Shown here piece by piece: positions 48,443 through 59,542 of a stretch of DNA of 64,000 bases (its first letter is position 1; each line of letters starts with the position of its first letter). Origin of the DNA: Obrimoposthia wandeli (taxonomy: Eukaryota); the NCBI GenBank assembly GCA_977020255.1, contig CDROCS010004396.1, forward strand, positions 1-64,000, given 5' to 3'. A program made the position numbers and the translations under genes. The notes beneath the pieces were generated by a model that was not told the origin of the DNA, did no database searches, and was given only the letters and a program-made list of their open reading frames with translations.

Positions 48443-51400
48443 ATGTTTTCGAATTGGTTATTAGTAAGCGTGAGTTTAGGGTATATCAGTTTACTGTTTT
48501 TACTCGCGCACTTAGGCGGTAAATACCGCCATTCTATCGGTGCAAATAATCACCGAATTATCTATGCTTTGTCGCTAGGTGTTTACTGTACGTCTTGGGG
48601 GTTTTTAGGGACCGCGGCTCAAGCCGCTAATGGGTCATTCACTTATATTTCTCTCTACTTAGGGCCGGTGTTACTGTTTGTTTTCGGTTGGGGCTTCATT
48701 CAACGCATTATTAAAATCAGCTTAAAACTAAACATCACCTCCATTGCTGATTTATTATCTGCACGTTTTGGCAAATCGCAGAAACTCGCTATAATTATTA
48801 CCTTAGTCGCTTTTATCGGTACGATGCCTTATATAGCCCTGCAGTTGAAAGCGATTGTATATTCTTACCAAATGCTACAGGAAAGCCAGGACCTACCTGC
48901 ATGGCAACTAGGACTGATAGTTAGTTTGATTTTAACTGGATTTACTATTTTGTTCGGTGTTCGCACCATTGATATCAGTGAACGGCACCCAGGTGTCATG
49001 ATCGCAATTGCCTTTGAATCACTGATTAAGTTAATTGCCTTTATCATGGTGGGCATGTTCGTTTGTTTTTATATTTATGATTCTCCGCAACAAATATTCC
49101 AGCTTTCAATGCAACACATCGACATGCAAGCGCAGTTCCACCCAAGCAATCTTGTAGGTATGGTTGGTATGTTAGTCATTTCTACAGCTGCCTTTCTTTG
49201 CTTACCGCGGCAATTTCAAGTGATGTTTGTTGAAATTAAAGAGGCCAAATACGCAAATTTGTCACGTTGGCTAGTACCCTTGTACGTGATTATTTTTGCA
49301 TTTTTTGCCGGTCCTATCGGGCTTGCCGGATACCTTAAATACGGTAACTCCCTCTCAGCTGATGCCTATGCGTTATTTTTACCATCCTATAATGGCCAGC
49401 TATGGTTGTCGTTATTTGCCTTTATCGGTGCGGTATCTGCTGCAAGCTCAATGGTCATCGTTTCAACCATCGCTTTAAGCACGATGTTAAGTAATGAAAT
49501 CGTATTCCCATTAATGTTTAAATATTCACGTAAGCAGCATCACGATTTCAATCACTTTCAAACTCAGCTATTAATGATTCGCAAAGCGCTGGTATTTTTT
49601 GTCATTGCACTAAGTTTTAGTTTGCTATTACTTTCACCTCCCGACACATTATCTTCACTAGGAGAAGTGGCTTTCGGTGCAATTGCACAAATCGGCCCTA
49701 TTCTGGTTGCCGCCTTTTTTTGGCGAAGGGCCACTTTAAGCGGTGTTTTAAGCGGCGTGTGTGTTGGTTTTAGTATTTGGCTGGTTTTTAATTTTTTTCC
49801 ACAACTAGGCCTTTACAAGCACTCTTTACAAGACTCTATCTATCCAGGCACCACTGTTATCACATTAATCGGCTTAGCCTTTAATATAGTCGTGATGTGG
49901 ATTGTCTCTGTTTCTTCAAGGCAAAGTTTGAGAGAACAGATGCAAAGCAAGTTTTTTTACCCCCAGCGGGAAACAGTGCAATGGAGTTTTCCTAGACAGC
50001 CCAAAGTTGATATCCATGAATTGGAGTTTTTAGTGGCGCGCTTCATGGGCACCGAGAAAGCTGAACTCTCCTTTAAAAAATTTACCAATGAAAATAAGAA
50101 TCTTAAAGCAAGAGATTTTGATGAAGCCGTCATTTTTCACGCAGAAACGACTTTGGCTGCCGTACTAGGTTCAGCATCTGCAAAGCTCGTCACCTCCTTT
50201 GCGGTAGAAGGCAATGAAATGGCTTTTGACCAGATCGCTCAATTAGTTCAAGAAAGCTCAAACCAGCAACTTGAATTCAGCCGTACAGTGCTGCAAAGTG
50301 CGATTGAAAATGCCAGTGAAGGCATTTCTGTTATTGATAGCGAATTAAAGCTGGTGGCTTGGAATCAACGTTATTTAGATATTTTTCATTTTCCAGAAGA
50401 GTTTATCTATATTGGTAGCCCTATTAGCCAATTAATTCATTACAACTTAAGTCAGCGACCTAAATATGCTGCCAATATTAATGAGCAAGTGCAAAAACGT
50501 TTGCAATTTATTCGCGATGGAAGCCGTCATAGTTCAGAGCGTAAACTAGATAATGGCATCACTATTCATATCGAAGGTAACCCCATACCCGGGGGTGGTT
50601 TTGTAATGATTTTTAGTGACATTACTACATATAGGCAAACTGAAGAGCACCTTAAAGAAGAAAACGATGACCTTGAGGGACGAGTACTAACGCGCACCGC
50701 TGAGCTAGAAAAAGCCAACAACGAGCTAGAACAAGCAAATAAGGAATTAGCACTAGCGAGACATAAAGCAGAACAAGCACACTTCAAGAAGAGCCAGTAC
50801 TTAAAAGCTTGTAGCCATGATTTGTTACAACCCTTATCTGCTGCTCGGCTATTTTCTTCAGCGGTTAGTCTAAGTTCTAGAGTAACAAGCCAAGAGCGTA
50901 AACAAATAAAACAAATTGATAACTCTCTGGAAATTGCCAATAACCTATTGCTCGATTTAAATGAGATAGCAAGAATTGAAAGCGGCAATATCATACCTGT
51001 AGTAAAGCCTATTGCTGTAAAACAACTTTTTGACATGCTAAGTTTAGAGTTTAAACCATTAACAAAACAATACGGTATAGGCTTTAAATGCCATTACAGC
51101 GCCTTGTATATCTTCAGTGATTTAACCCTACTAACTCGCATTATCCAAAACTTTCTCAGTAATGCTTTTCGCTACACAAATTCAGGAAAAGTAGTATTAG
51201 GCTGTCGCCGACAAGGCAAGCATTTATGCATTCAGGTTTATGATACGGGCCCAGGCATTCCAAAAGAGCAACAGCAGCAAGTGTTTGAGCAGTTCACACA
51301 ACTTGACACAAAAACAACAGGACCAAAGGGCCTTGGGTTAGGACTCAACATCGCTCAAAGTTTAGCTTGCTTGCTAAACCACGGTATCGATTTAAAATCA

Positions 51401-51937
51401 ACTATCGGTAAAGGTTCTATGTTTAGTGTAAGCGTGCCGATCGCACCTAAACAGCTAAATCTCCCTAGCCTCGCTCCTAATGTAGTATCAACTTTACAAG
51501 GTGTTAAAGTGCTCTGCATTGATAATGAAGAGAACATATTATTAGGCATGCAAGATTTACTTACGGCTTGGAAATGTGAAGTATACACTGCTCAAAGTGC
51601 AGAGCTTGCTTTACAACTTTTCGCACAACATGATAACCAATTTGATTTTTTATTAGTCGACTATCAGCTACAAGACAATGCATTGTTTAACACCCAAGCA
51701 TCATCTCCCGCCACAGATGGCATTAGTTTAATTAAACTTTTACAAACAAAAAGCCAATATCCAATCCCCGCCATTTTAATAACAGCCACCACTGATGAGA
51801 ACGTGGTGACTAGAACTCAGCAAGCAGGCATTGGTTACTTAAGGAAAATTGTTAAACCGATTGCGCTGCGTGCTTTGATGAGCTCTTTGTTAGCTAAAAA
51901 TCTAGAGAAAAACTATGCTCACCAGGATTTTAGCTGA
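48443..51937 (+). CDS. crbS: SLC5-fused hybrid sensor histidine kinase, CrbS/MxtR-like
   Basis: N-terminal Na+/solute symporter-like region (YALSLGVYCTSW), PAS, SHDLLQPL, DTGPGIP, GLGLGLNIA, C-terminal receiver domain. Family-level call; orthology not tested. Confidence 0.85.
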   Translation: MFSNWLLVSVSLGYISLLFLLAHLGGKYRHSIGANNHRIIYALSLGVYCTSWGFLGTAAQAANGSFTYISLYLGPVLLFVFGWGFIQRIIKISLKLNITSIADLLSARFGKSQKLAIIITLVAFIGTMPYIALQLKAIVYSYQMLQESQDLPAWQLGLIVSLILTGFTILFGVRTIDISERHPGVMIAIAFESLIKLIAFIMVGMFVCFYIYDSPQQIFQLSMQHIDMQAQFHPSNLVGMVGMLVISTAAFLCLPRQFQVMFVEIKEAKYANLSRWLVPLYVIIFAFFAGPIGLAGYLKYGNSLSADAYALFLPSYNGQLWLSLFAFIGAVSAASSMVIVSTIALSTMLSNEIVFPLMFKYSRKQHHDFNHFQTQLLMIRKALVFFVIALSFSLLLLSPPDTLSSLGEVAFGAIAQIGPILVAAFFWRRATLSGVLSGVCVGFSIWLVFNFFPQLGLYKHSLQDSIYPGTTVITLIGLAFNIVVMWIVSVSSRQSLREQMQSKFFYPQRETVQWSFPRQPKVDIHELEFLVARFMGTEKAELSFKKFTNENKNLKARDFDEAVIFHAETTLAAVLGSASAKLVTSFAVEGNEMAFDQIAQLVQESSNQQLEFSRTVLQSAIENASEGISVIDSELKLVAWNQRYLDIFHFPEEFIYIGSPISQLIHYNLSQRPKYAANINEQVQKRLQFIRDGSRHSSERKLDNGITIHIEGNPIPGGGFVMIFSDITTYRQTEEHLKEENDDLEGRVLTRTAELEKANNELEQANKELALARHKAEQAHFKKSQYLKACSHDLLQPLSAARLFSSAVSLSSRVTSQERKQIKQIDNSLEIANNLLLDLNEIARIESGNIIPVVKPIAVKQLFDMLSLEFKPLTKQYGIGFKCHYSALYIFSDLTLLTRIIQNFLSNAFRYTNSGKVVLGCRRQGKHLCIQVYDTGPGIPKEQQQQVFEQFTQLDTKTTGPKGLGLGLNIAQSLACLLNHGIDLKSTIGKGSMFSVSVPIAPKQLNLPSLAPNVVSTLQGVKVLCIDNEENILLGMQDLLTAWKCEVYTAQSAELALQLFAQHDNQFDFLLVDYQLQDNALFNTQASSPATDGISLIKLLQTKSQYPIPAILITATTDENVVTRTQQAGIGYLRKIVKPIALRALMSSLLAKNLEKNYAHQDFS

Positions 51938-52094
51938 GTAGTTTAAAGTAATTCTCGGCATTTTCAGATACAAAACTAATATTATTATACTTTTCATTTT
52001 GAGCCTTCAACACTAGGTATCTGGCTTTTGAAGATAGAGCTAAGTAGCATGTTTAAAAAATGGAAATCATCTAACCGATCAACAATGAGTAAAG

Positions 52095-52757
52095 TTAGTT
52101 GGTCTTCGGGCCGAAGGAGTTTTGCGCCATTATTATTTCATTAAGCACTATCACAGCCTGTGTTCTATTACGCACCCCCATTTTTAAAAAAACAGTACTG
52201 GCATGGCTCTTAATAGTTGATTCCGCTAAACCAAGCTCATAAGCTATTTGTTTGTTTAGCAATCCATCTGCAAACATAAGTAGAATTTTGTGCTGCTGAG
52301 GGGTTAAAGAATCGATTCGTTCATCTATATTCACCTCATACGCAGCCGGGTTAAACCCTCCCGCCGGAGTCCATAATTCCCCTGCAAACACCTTTTTTAT
52401 CGCCTCGACCATATCAGTAACTGAGGTCGATTTAGGTATAAATCCAGCTGCTCCATGGTGCATCGCTTTATTAATAGTATCTATATCTTCAATACCAGAA
52501 ATTATAATAATACCTATTTCAGGGCGCTCTGAACGCAAGTTAATTAACGTATTAAAGCCTTGTGCCCCTGGAATATCTAAATCCAGCAATATTAGATCAG
52601 CTGCCTCTGTTTGTGTTTTCAATAACTCTTCTAATTCAAAAACAGTTTCAACTTCATAAAGTTGTGCATCTCTATAGTGTGCTCGAAGCATAACCGCAAG
52701 GGCTTGTCTAAATAACGGATGATCATCCGCTATAATTATCTTTTCAGTACTACTCAT
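52095..52757 (-). CDS. crbR: NarL/LuxR-family response regulator, CrbR/ErdR-like
   Basis: IADDHPLFRQAL, LLDLDIPGAQG, GAAGFIPKS, LTPQQ...GLLNKQIAYELG; adjacent to the CrbS-like kinase. Confidence 0.8.
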   Translation of the reverse strand: MSSTEKIIIADDHPLFRQALAVMLRAHYRDAQLYEVETVFELEELLKTQTEAADLILLDLDIPGAQGFNTLINLRSERPEIGIIIISGIEDIDTINKAMHHGAAGFIPKSTSVTDMVEAIKKVFAGELWTPAGGFNPAAYEVNIDERIDSLTPQQHKILLMFADGLLNKQIAYELGLAESTIKSHASTVFLKMGVRNRTQAVIVLNEIIMAQNSFGPKTN

Positions 52758-54584
52758 GTTGTGATAAAACCTATTTCATAGCAGCTGTAAATCGCTGTAT
52801 TGCTTTAATATAACATCATCAAATCCCACTAAGATATTTCAGCATGTCAGGCTAAGGCACTGCATGTGCTGAAAACTTATGAAATTTAATTCCCAAAAAA
52901 GAAATGGTATTTAGGCATTGCTAGATCGCTAGTTGGCGTAATTTTCAGCACTGATCTTAACAGACTAAATGTTAAGCGGGTATTACATTCTAAGAAAAAG
53001 ATAATTTCTTAACGATTGACAATTCAAGATGCTTATCTGTTGTTAAGCATCTATGAGTATTTAGTTTTAGAGCGGGTTGAAATTTAAAAACATTCATAGT
53101 ATTGGCTACTACAATGGTAACTTTCTTACAAAAAATTTATCATCAGCAGACTTATTAGCTGCATATTTATATAAATTGACTATTGCGTAAAGTTTGCCAT
53201 CTTAGCTAGCTGTAGGCGGTTGCGCACTAAGTAAGTGGAACAAAGCCTATGGGGTGTTCTCTTTGACAAAACAAATAACTGCTTGAAACGGAAATTTGAT
53301 TATAACTCAGTGAGGAGTTTATATCACCGACACTATAACTATAGAAACGGTTCAATCAAGCTCTAGAAGTGGACGCCGTGACAAAGCTAAGCAAGGTATT
53401 GAAGCAGGATTGGAAACTACTTTCGTATTACTTATTCATCGCCTATTAAAACTCCGATATCACTTTGTTTTTCTATAAATACTCTATACGGCTATCGCCG
53501 CAAATTTTATGCTTGGATGGAATTATTAGCATTATTTTCTAGGCAACGTCTTCTTCAATCTGCGTTTTATTATCTACTGTTACTCCAGTCTTGAATAATA
53601 ATACATATTAATAAGCATGTATTATGTATTTTAAATACATATAAACTAGAAATTTGCGTAGTTATTAATCAGCTGTATAACATAAGTGTAAAAGTTACTT
53701 TCTACTAATTGTAACAAACACTCACTCCTATCAGACGTAGCTTATCTTGAGCGCGATACTTACATCGAAAATAGTTTTTATAGCACGAAAAATCTCTACA
53801 TAACGATTATTTTCAATAATTCCGTGCTAAAAATTCCCCTATTCACCAGCAATTCCAACAATGAGTAACGTACTGATCCTGAATTTACCTCAATACATTA
53901 GGTAATAAATAGCAGTGAAGAATTGCTAACTCCAACACCAACTTTGTAAGCGCTAATAAAGTATAATATTTAAATGGCGATGTGCATTCCTTATCAAAGA
54001 CTTGATATAGCCATAGAAATTTCTAGAGAAATGACTAGGCACATCATGAGCATCAGTATTATTGAAAAGAAACCTCTGAAGATCTAAGCACAATAAAAAA
54101 CACAAGCATCGCTGCAAGAGTATTTTTCAGCCTCCATCAATTATAAAATTATCTATCAATCAATAATTTGATGCCATATATTCAAGTTAATTACAGACAA
54201 TACAAATATAAGTAAGCTGAGCAACTGACATTACCATTCCATCTTTTTCGGGTGCTTTTTCATACGCGCTATCAATCCATACTATCAATTCGCATTACCA
54301 ACCCACGATGAACGGTTTGATACAATCCCATTTAAATTGATGTAGCGCTAAACAGCTAAGTATTAGGTATGTTTATACAAGTTATGCCATTGATGCTCAG
54401 TATTTAACTTAAGTATTAGCCCTTTTCCCTTTCGAGCGTAATAAAGGTTACGCCGTGTTGAGGTTATATATAAATGACAACATAGTAATTGATAAATTTT
54501 AAGGTGATATCTAACGCACTAGCTAACTAATGCAAAGTACCACCTTTGATATTATTCAAATGATTGATTGCGAAGTAGCAAAGC

Positions 54585-57263
54585 TTAAGCACTCATAGGA
54601 TCAAATTTCTCTAGCGGTATATTTAATACCTTACGCGCCGCTTCTAATTTAGCTTCATCAATTTGCTTATTTTCAAACAATTTAGCCAGCGCTCCCCAAG
54701 CAATGTATTGTGCATTCACCTCAAAATACTCGCGTAATGTTGCACGATCTTCTGAAAGACCAAAACCGTCAGTGCCCAAAATTACCGGTGAGCTTGGTAG
54801 CCAATTCGCAATACCATTTGCCAGAGACTTCGAATGATCACTTACGCTCACATATACTCCGCTCTCTCCTTGGGTCAGTAGCTGAATATCATTTAACTGC
54901 CTATTACTCGGATCAAGTCGATTCTTTCTCTCAACACTTTGGGCATTCCTAGTTAGCTGGGTGTAACTTGTAACACTCCAAATGTCACATGAACAGTCAA
55001 GCTCTTGCAAAAGATCTGCTGCGGCTAATACTTCTTGCATAATACTTCCACTACCCAATAAGTGGATTTTATGTCCAGGGTTTAAATTTTGTTGAAATTT
55101 GTACATGCCTTTTAATACACCGTCTGCAATATTTTCTGGCATACTGGGCATCGCATAGTTTTGATTATAAAGCGTAATATAGTAAAATATGTTCTGATTT
55201 TGCTGATACATACGCTTAATACCATCACGTATTATAATGGCTAATTCAAAAGAAAAAGCAGGGTCATAACACTGCAAATTAGGCACGGTTGCCGCAAGAA
55301 CATGAGAGTGACCATCTTGATGCTGCAGCCCTTCTCCGTTTAAAGTCGTTCGCCCAGCGGTAGCACCTAACAAGAAACCTTTCGTCATGTTATCAGCGCA
55401 AGCCCATACCATGTCGCCTACTCGCTGCATTCCAAACATGGAATAAAAGATGTAAAATGGAATGCTGGGTACGGCATAATTTGCATAAGCGGTGCCTGCT
55501 GCCATAAATGAGGCCATAGCCCCCGTTTCACAAATCCCTTCTTGCAGTAATTGCCCATCTTTCGCTTCTTTATATGGCAGTAAGCTACTGGAATCAACAG
55601 GTTTATATTTTTGCCCTTCGCTAGAATAAATACCAAATTGATTAAATAGTGATTCCATGCCGAAAGTACGCGCCTCATCTGGCACTATTGGAACAATATA
55701 TTTACCCAGCTCTTTATCTTTAAGCAACACTGAAAGCATACGCACAAAAGACATCGTCGTTGATTGCTCACGCACTGAGCCAGCGGTAATTTTCTCAAAT
55801 ATACTTAGATCCGGTGCTTGCAATGGTTTTGCTTCTACCACTCTAGAAGGTAAGTAACCGTTTAATTGTTTTCTCTGTGAATGTAAATATTTCATTATTG
55901 CTGAATCGTCATCAGGCTTATATAACTTAGCTTCACTTAATTCTTTATCAGATAATGGGATGTTGAAACGACGCCCCATATCTATTCGTTCTTGATCCGT
56001 TAAATGCTTCTTTTGGTGAGCTGTATTTTGACCTTCTGCCGAAGCTCCCATACCTTCACCCTTTACCGTTTTAATCAACATAACCGTTGGCTTACCGTTT
56101 TGTTGCAACGCTTTCTCAAAAGCGGCAAAAACTTTTTTCCTATCGTGCCCGCCGCGTTTTATACATCTTATTTGTTCATCAGATAATGTTTTCATCAGCG
56201 TGGCGAGTTCAGGATTATCCTTAATCCAATGATTACGCACTGTATTACCATCAGAAACCGTGTAAAACTGATAATCGCCATCCACAGCTCTATCCATGCG
56301 TGCTTGTAATACGCCTTCGCTATCCCTAGAAAACAGCTCATCCCATTCACTGCCCCAAATAACTTTGATGACATTCCATCCTGCACCACGATAATTACGC
56401 TCTAGCTCTTGAATAATTTTTCCATTACCGCGCACTGGGCCATCTAAACGCTGTAAATTACAATTAATCACCATCACCAGATTATCTAGATTATCACGTG
56501 TCGCCATATTGATAGTTCCCATCACTTCGGGCTCATCTGATTCTCCATCCCCAATAAAGCACCACACTTTCCCACCATCAGCGGCTTTTAACCCCCTGTT
56601 TTCTAGGTATTTCATGAATCTTGCTTGGTAAATAGCAGAAGGTGTTGATAAACCCATGGAAGCAGTCGGCCCCTGCCAAAAACCTGGCATTCTTCGAGGG
56701 TGCGGATATGAGCTCAATCCCCCATTAGGTTGTAATTCACGTCTAAAGTTATTAATTTGATTATCGCTAATACGTCCTTCCAAATACGCTCTTGCGTATA
56801 TGCCAGGCGCCGCATGCGCTTGAACATGTACTTGATCGCCGCCATACTGAGCATTGCGGTTTTTAAAAATATGATTAAAGCCAACCTCCAGCATAGTGGC
56901 GGCAGATTGATAGGTAGATATATGCCCTCCAACACCAGTACCTAAATCATTTGCCTTTAACACCATAGCAGCGGCGTTCCAGCGAATAATGTTTTCAAGT
57001 TGTATTTCTAATTCAGGGTTACCAGGGTAGCTAGGTTGTTCTGAAACAGGAATAGTATTGCGATATGGAGTATTTAACAGAGCATCACTAAGGCCAACGT
57101 TTTGGCTCAACATATTTGCTTGTAATAGACGTAATATTTCTTTAGTGCGCTCTTTTCCTTGATGAGCTAGCACATCATTTAATGCCGCTAGCCATTCTTG
57201 GTTCTCTAAGGCGATATCCTGCTCATTAAATGCCTCATTGTTTTGCTTATCACTCATACCCAC
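54585..57263 (-). CDS. aceE: AceE-type 2-oxoacid dehydrogenase E1 component (stand-alone; start GTG 57263 or ATG 57257)
   Basis: GGHISTYQSAA, LSSYPHP, TASMGL, GDGESDE...N (ThDP motif), PDEARTFGM, GEGLQHQDGHS. Confidence 0.88.
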   Translation of the reverse strand: MGMSDKQNNEAFNEQDIALENQEWLAALNDVLAHQGKERTKEILRLLQANMLSQNVGLSDALLNTPYRNTIPVSEQPSYPGNPELEIQLENIIRWNAAAMVLKANDLGTGVGGHISTYQSAATMLEVGFNHIFKNRNAQYGGDQVHVQAHAAPGIYARAYLEGRISDNQINNFRRELQPNGGLSSYPHPRRMPGFWQGPTASMGLSTPSAIYQARFMKYLENRGLKAADGGKVWCFIGDGESDEPEVMGTINMATRDNLDNLVMVINCNLQRLDGPVRGNGKIIQELERNYRGAGWNVIKVIWGSEWDELFSRDSEGVLQARMDRAVDGDYQFYTVSDGNTVRNHWIKDNPELATLMKTLSDEQIRCIKRGGHDRKKVFAAFEKALQQNGKPTVMLIKTVKGEGMGASAEGQNTAHQKKHLTDQERIDMGRRFNIPLSDKELSEAKLYKPDDDSAIMKYLHSQRKQLNGYLPSRVVEAKPLQAPDLSIFEKITAGSVREQSTTMSFVRMLSVLLKDKELGKYIVPIVPDEARTFGMESLFNQFGIYSSEGQKYKPVDSSSLLPYKEAKDGQLLQEGICETGAMASFMAAGTAYANYAVPSIPFYIFYSMFGMQRVGDMVWACADNMTKGFLLGATAGRTTLNGEGLQHQDGHSHVLAATVPNLQCYDPAFSFELAIIIRDGIKRMYQQNQNIFYYITLYNQNYAMPSMPENIADGVLKGMYKFQQNLNPGHKIHLLGSGSIMQEVLAAADLLQELDCSCDIWSVTSYTQLTRNAQSVERKNRLDPSNRQLNDIQLLTQGESGVYVSVSDHSKSLANGIANWLPSSPVILGTDGFGLSEDRATLREYFEVNAQYIAWGALAKLFENKQIDEAKLEAARKVLNIPLEKFDPMSA

Positions 57264-57351
57264 TTCCTCAAACTTAATCCGTACGATTTATTCCAATCAA
57301 TTTAGATTAGACTACATGAACTTATAAGCTTAGTGAAGTCACTTAACATAA

Positions 57352-57365
57352 AAGTGCATGCACTT
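57352..57365. promoter_or_regulatory. Candidate GntR operator
   Basis: Perfect 14-bp palindrome AAGTGCATGCACTT between the divergent aceE-like and gntR genes. Confidence 0.5.
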
Positions 57366-57442
57366 ATTGTTATATTACATACATTTCTTTTTTTAGGGTG
57401 CGGTTTTTGCTATTGTTTGTTCACTTAGGCATAGGAAATTGT

Positions 57443-58108
57443 ATGAACACGCTTTTACTAGACGAAGATCCTTCGCAATCACGTTTATCTGATCGCATAC
57501 ATCAAATATTATTAGGCCGCATCTTAAGTGGCCACATGAAATCAGGGGATATTATTGCTGAAAAGAAACTGGCTATTGAATTAGGCGTTAGTCGTACACC
57601 TGTTCACGATGCTTTACGTGATTTGATAAAAGATGGTTTCTTGCATCAAGAAAAAAATCGCCGCCCTGTTGTAACAGATTTCACTGCTGAGGATGTGCAC
57701 GATATTTTTGAAATACGTATTCTATTAGAAGGAGAGGCTTGTTTTCGTGCTGCCTCAAGAATGGATAGATTAACGCTAAGCGATTTACGCGAGCAAGCGG
57801 AAATTTTATCAAGTACGCAAACAGAACAAAATTGGTTAGAGTTATGGGCACAATTTGATGACAGCTTTCATAATAAAATTGCTAAGGCCAGCGGTAGTAA
57901 GCGTTTGTTGCAGGATATAATTAAGCATCGCCTATCTCACAGAGCCTTAAACATTCAAGCTGAAAGCCCTTATTCGTTCAGTAATTCATTGCAAGAACAT
58001 CTTGATATTTTAGATGCGTTAGATGCAAGAGATGCACAGCGGGCCAAAAAGGCAATGCAGAACCATATCAGAGAATCACAGACATTATTTGTGAGTAAGT
58101 ATTCATGA
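57443..58108 (+). CDS. GntR-family (FCD domain) transcriptional regulator
   Basis: EKKLAIELGVSRTPVHDAL HTH; FHNKIAKASG, EHLDILDAL, AMQNHI. Confidence 0.92.
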   Translation: MNTLLLDEDPSQSRLSDRIHQILLGRILSGHMKSGDIIAEKKLAIELGVSRTPVHDALRDLIKDGFLHQEKNRRPVVTDFTAEDVHDIFEIRILLEGEACFRAASRMDRLTLSDLREQAEILSSTQTEQNWLELWAQFDDSFHNKIAKASGSKRLLQDIIKHRLSHRALNIQAESPYSFSNSLQEHLDILDALDARDAQRAKKAMQNHIRESQTLFVSKYS

Positions 58109-58125
58109 TCAAAAGCGTGTTCTGG

Positions 58126-58404
58126 CTAAGAGCGATAAATAGTTTCAATTAAATGATAACCAAACTTTGTTTTAATTGGACCGTGTACAGTGAGTAGAGC
58201 TTGCCTAAAAACAACTCTATCAAAAGCTTTTACCATCACGCCTTCTTTAAACTCACCTAAGTCCCCTCCTTTTTTAGCTGACGGGCAAGTGGAGTGTTTT
58301 TTAGCCATTTGACTAAAACTAGCGCCTTTCGTCAACTGTAACTGTATCGCTAACGCTTCAGGTTTTGTTTTAACTAAAATGTGTCTTGCGCAGGCATAAG
58401 CCAT
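58126..58404 (-). CDS. ppiC: Parvulin peptidyl-prolyl isomerase
   Basis: ARHILVK, HSTCPSAKKGGDLGEF, GPIKTKFGYHLI. Confidence 0.93.
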   Translation of the reverse strand: MAYACARHILVKTKPEALAIQLQLTKGASFSQMAKKHSTCPSAKKGGDLGEFKEGVMVKAFDRVVFRQALLTVHGPIKTKFGYHLIETIYRS

Positions 58405-59061
58405 TTATCAGCCTCTTTGTATATTAACAAGTTTAATTACGTAGCTACTCATCTGTTAATCAGCCTCTATTATGGTTCATATCACTCGGGTTCTATTGTG
58501 AAGCGCATCATATAAACCGGTAAGAAGAAAGGCAAGCTGAAGATAAGCTTCGCTCTTTTTCTCCGACAAGATATTAAACGACAATGAGATACTACTAACA
58601 GTTGGTTTAAAATGAACGATGCCAGATATTTAGACTAAAGAAAAGAAGTATTCGCAAAGAGAACCTGCTAAGCCTGTGTGAGTTAGTCAATCGACTGTTA
58701 GGCCGGAATGATGCGCGATACAGGCAAAAAAGGCTAGTAATAACATAAAACAACATCGAATATGATAGCCACCACCAAAGATAAACTACGCATTTAATAC
58801 AGTCCACAACAAATATCTGGCTTGGTTATAAACTATCTATAAAAGTATAGATTATTGCCCTCAAGCAGTTTATTGTAAATCACGAATAGGTGTTCGGGAA
58901 TGATACCATCATTAGTGAAGGCCACAGTGACGCATGAGTAACAGTCGCTAATCGAATGACTAACTTCACCGCATCAAAACAAATAAAAGAAAACAGCATC
59001 GCAACTGTAGATACCTCTTCTTCAATACCTAAAAGGCTTTATTTACCCAATTATAGCCGAC

Positions 59062-59218
59062 ATGGAAAAGAGTTCACTCATCATGAGGCAAGCAGTTAAA
59101 GGGCTAAATGCTCGGCCACGATAAAGGCTGAAATTTAGAACACCAGATGAATTAATAACCGAACATAGAGAGCTGCGCGAACAACTTAAATAATGATGCA
59201 CTTCTCATTCGAAATCGC
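59062..59218 (+). mobile_element. IS30-family remnant (transposase C-terminus plus right inverted repeat)
   Basis: Translation AVKGLNARPR*RLKFRTPDEL matches IS30 LNxRPRKxLxxxTP; followed by TGATGCACTTCTCATTCGAAATC, resembling an IS30-type right end. Confidence 0.65.
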
Positions 59219-59542
59219 TGTAATAAAAATTAACATCCCCTTTTTTGAACATATTATTTGGTTATTATTATCTAGCCACAGTTTTACTATCAATTTCCCT
59301 GAATTAAAATATATTAAGACATATAATAAAATACTAGCATGCTGTAGGTTCAGGCTTTCGTTTCAACACCTTTTTCCTTATTATTTTGTTGCACGCTACA
59401 ACCCTTTAGTTTCGAATTTATAACCAGATATGGCGGTTGTTGAACGCTTTTTAAATGCGTTAAAGGTGATCCTATTTATCAGCACACCCAACACTATTGA
59501 ATAAGATACCAATAACTAAAAGCACTGGATAAAGCCCCTATC

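Noticed and set aside
53598-53640. Nested ATACAT/ATGTAT inverted repeats
   Set aside because: Short, very AT-rich palindromes in an AT-rich tract with no nearby gene start; likely chance.
59193-59423. 76-aa plus-strand ORF
   Set aside because: It starts within the IS30-like end and has low-complexity AT-driven composition.
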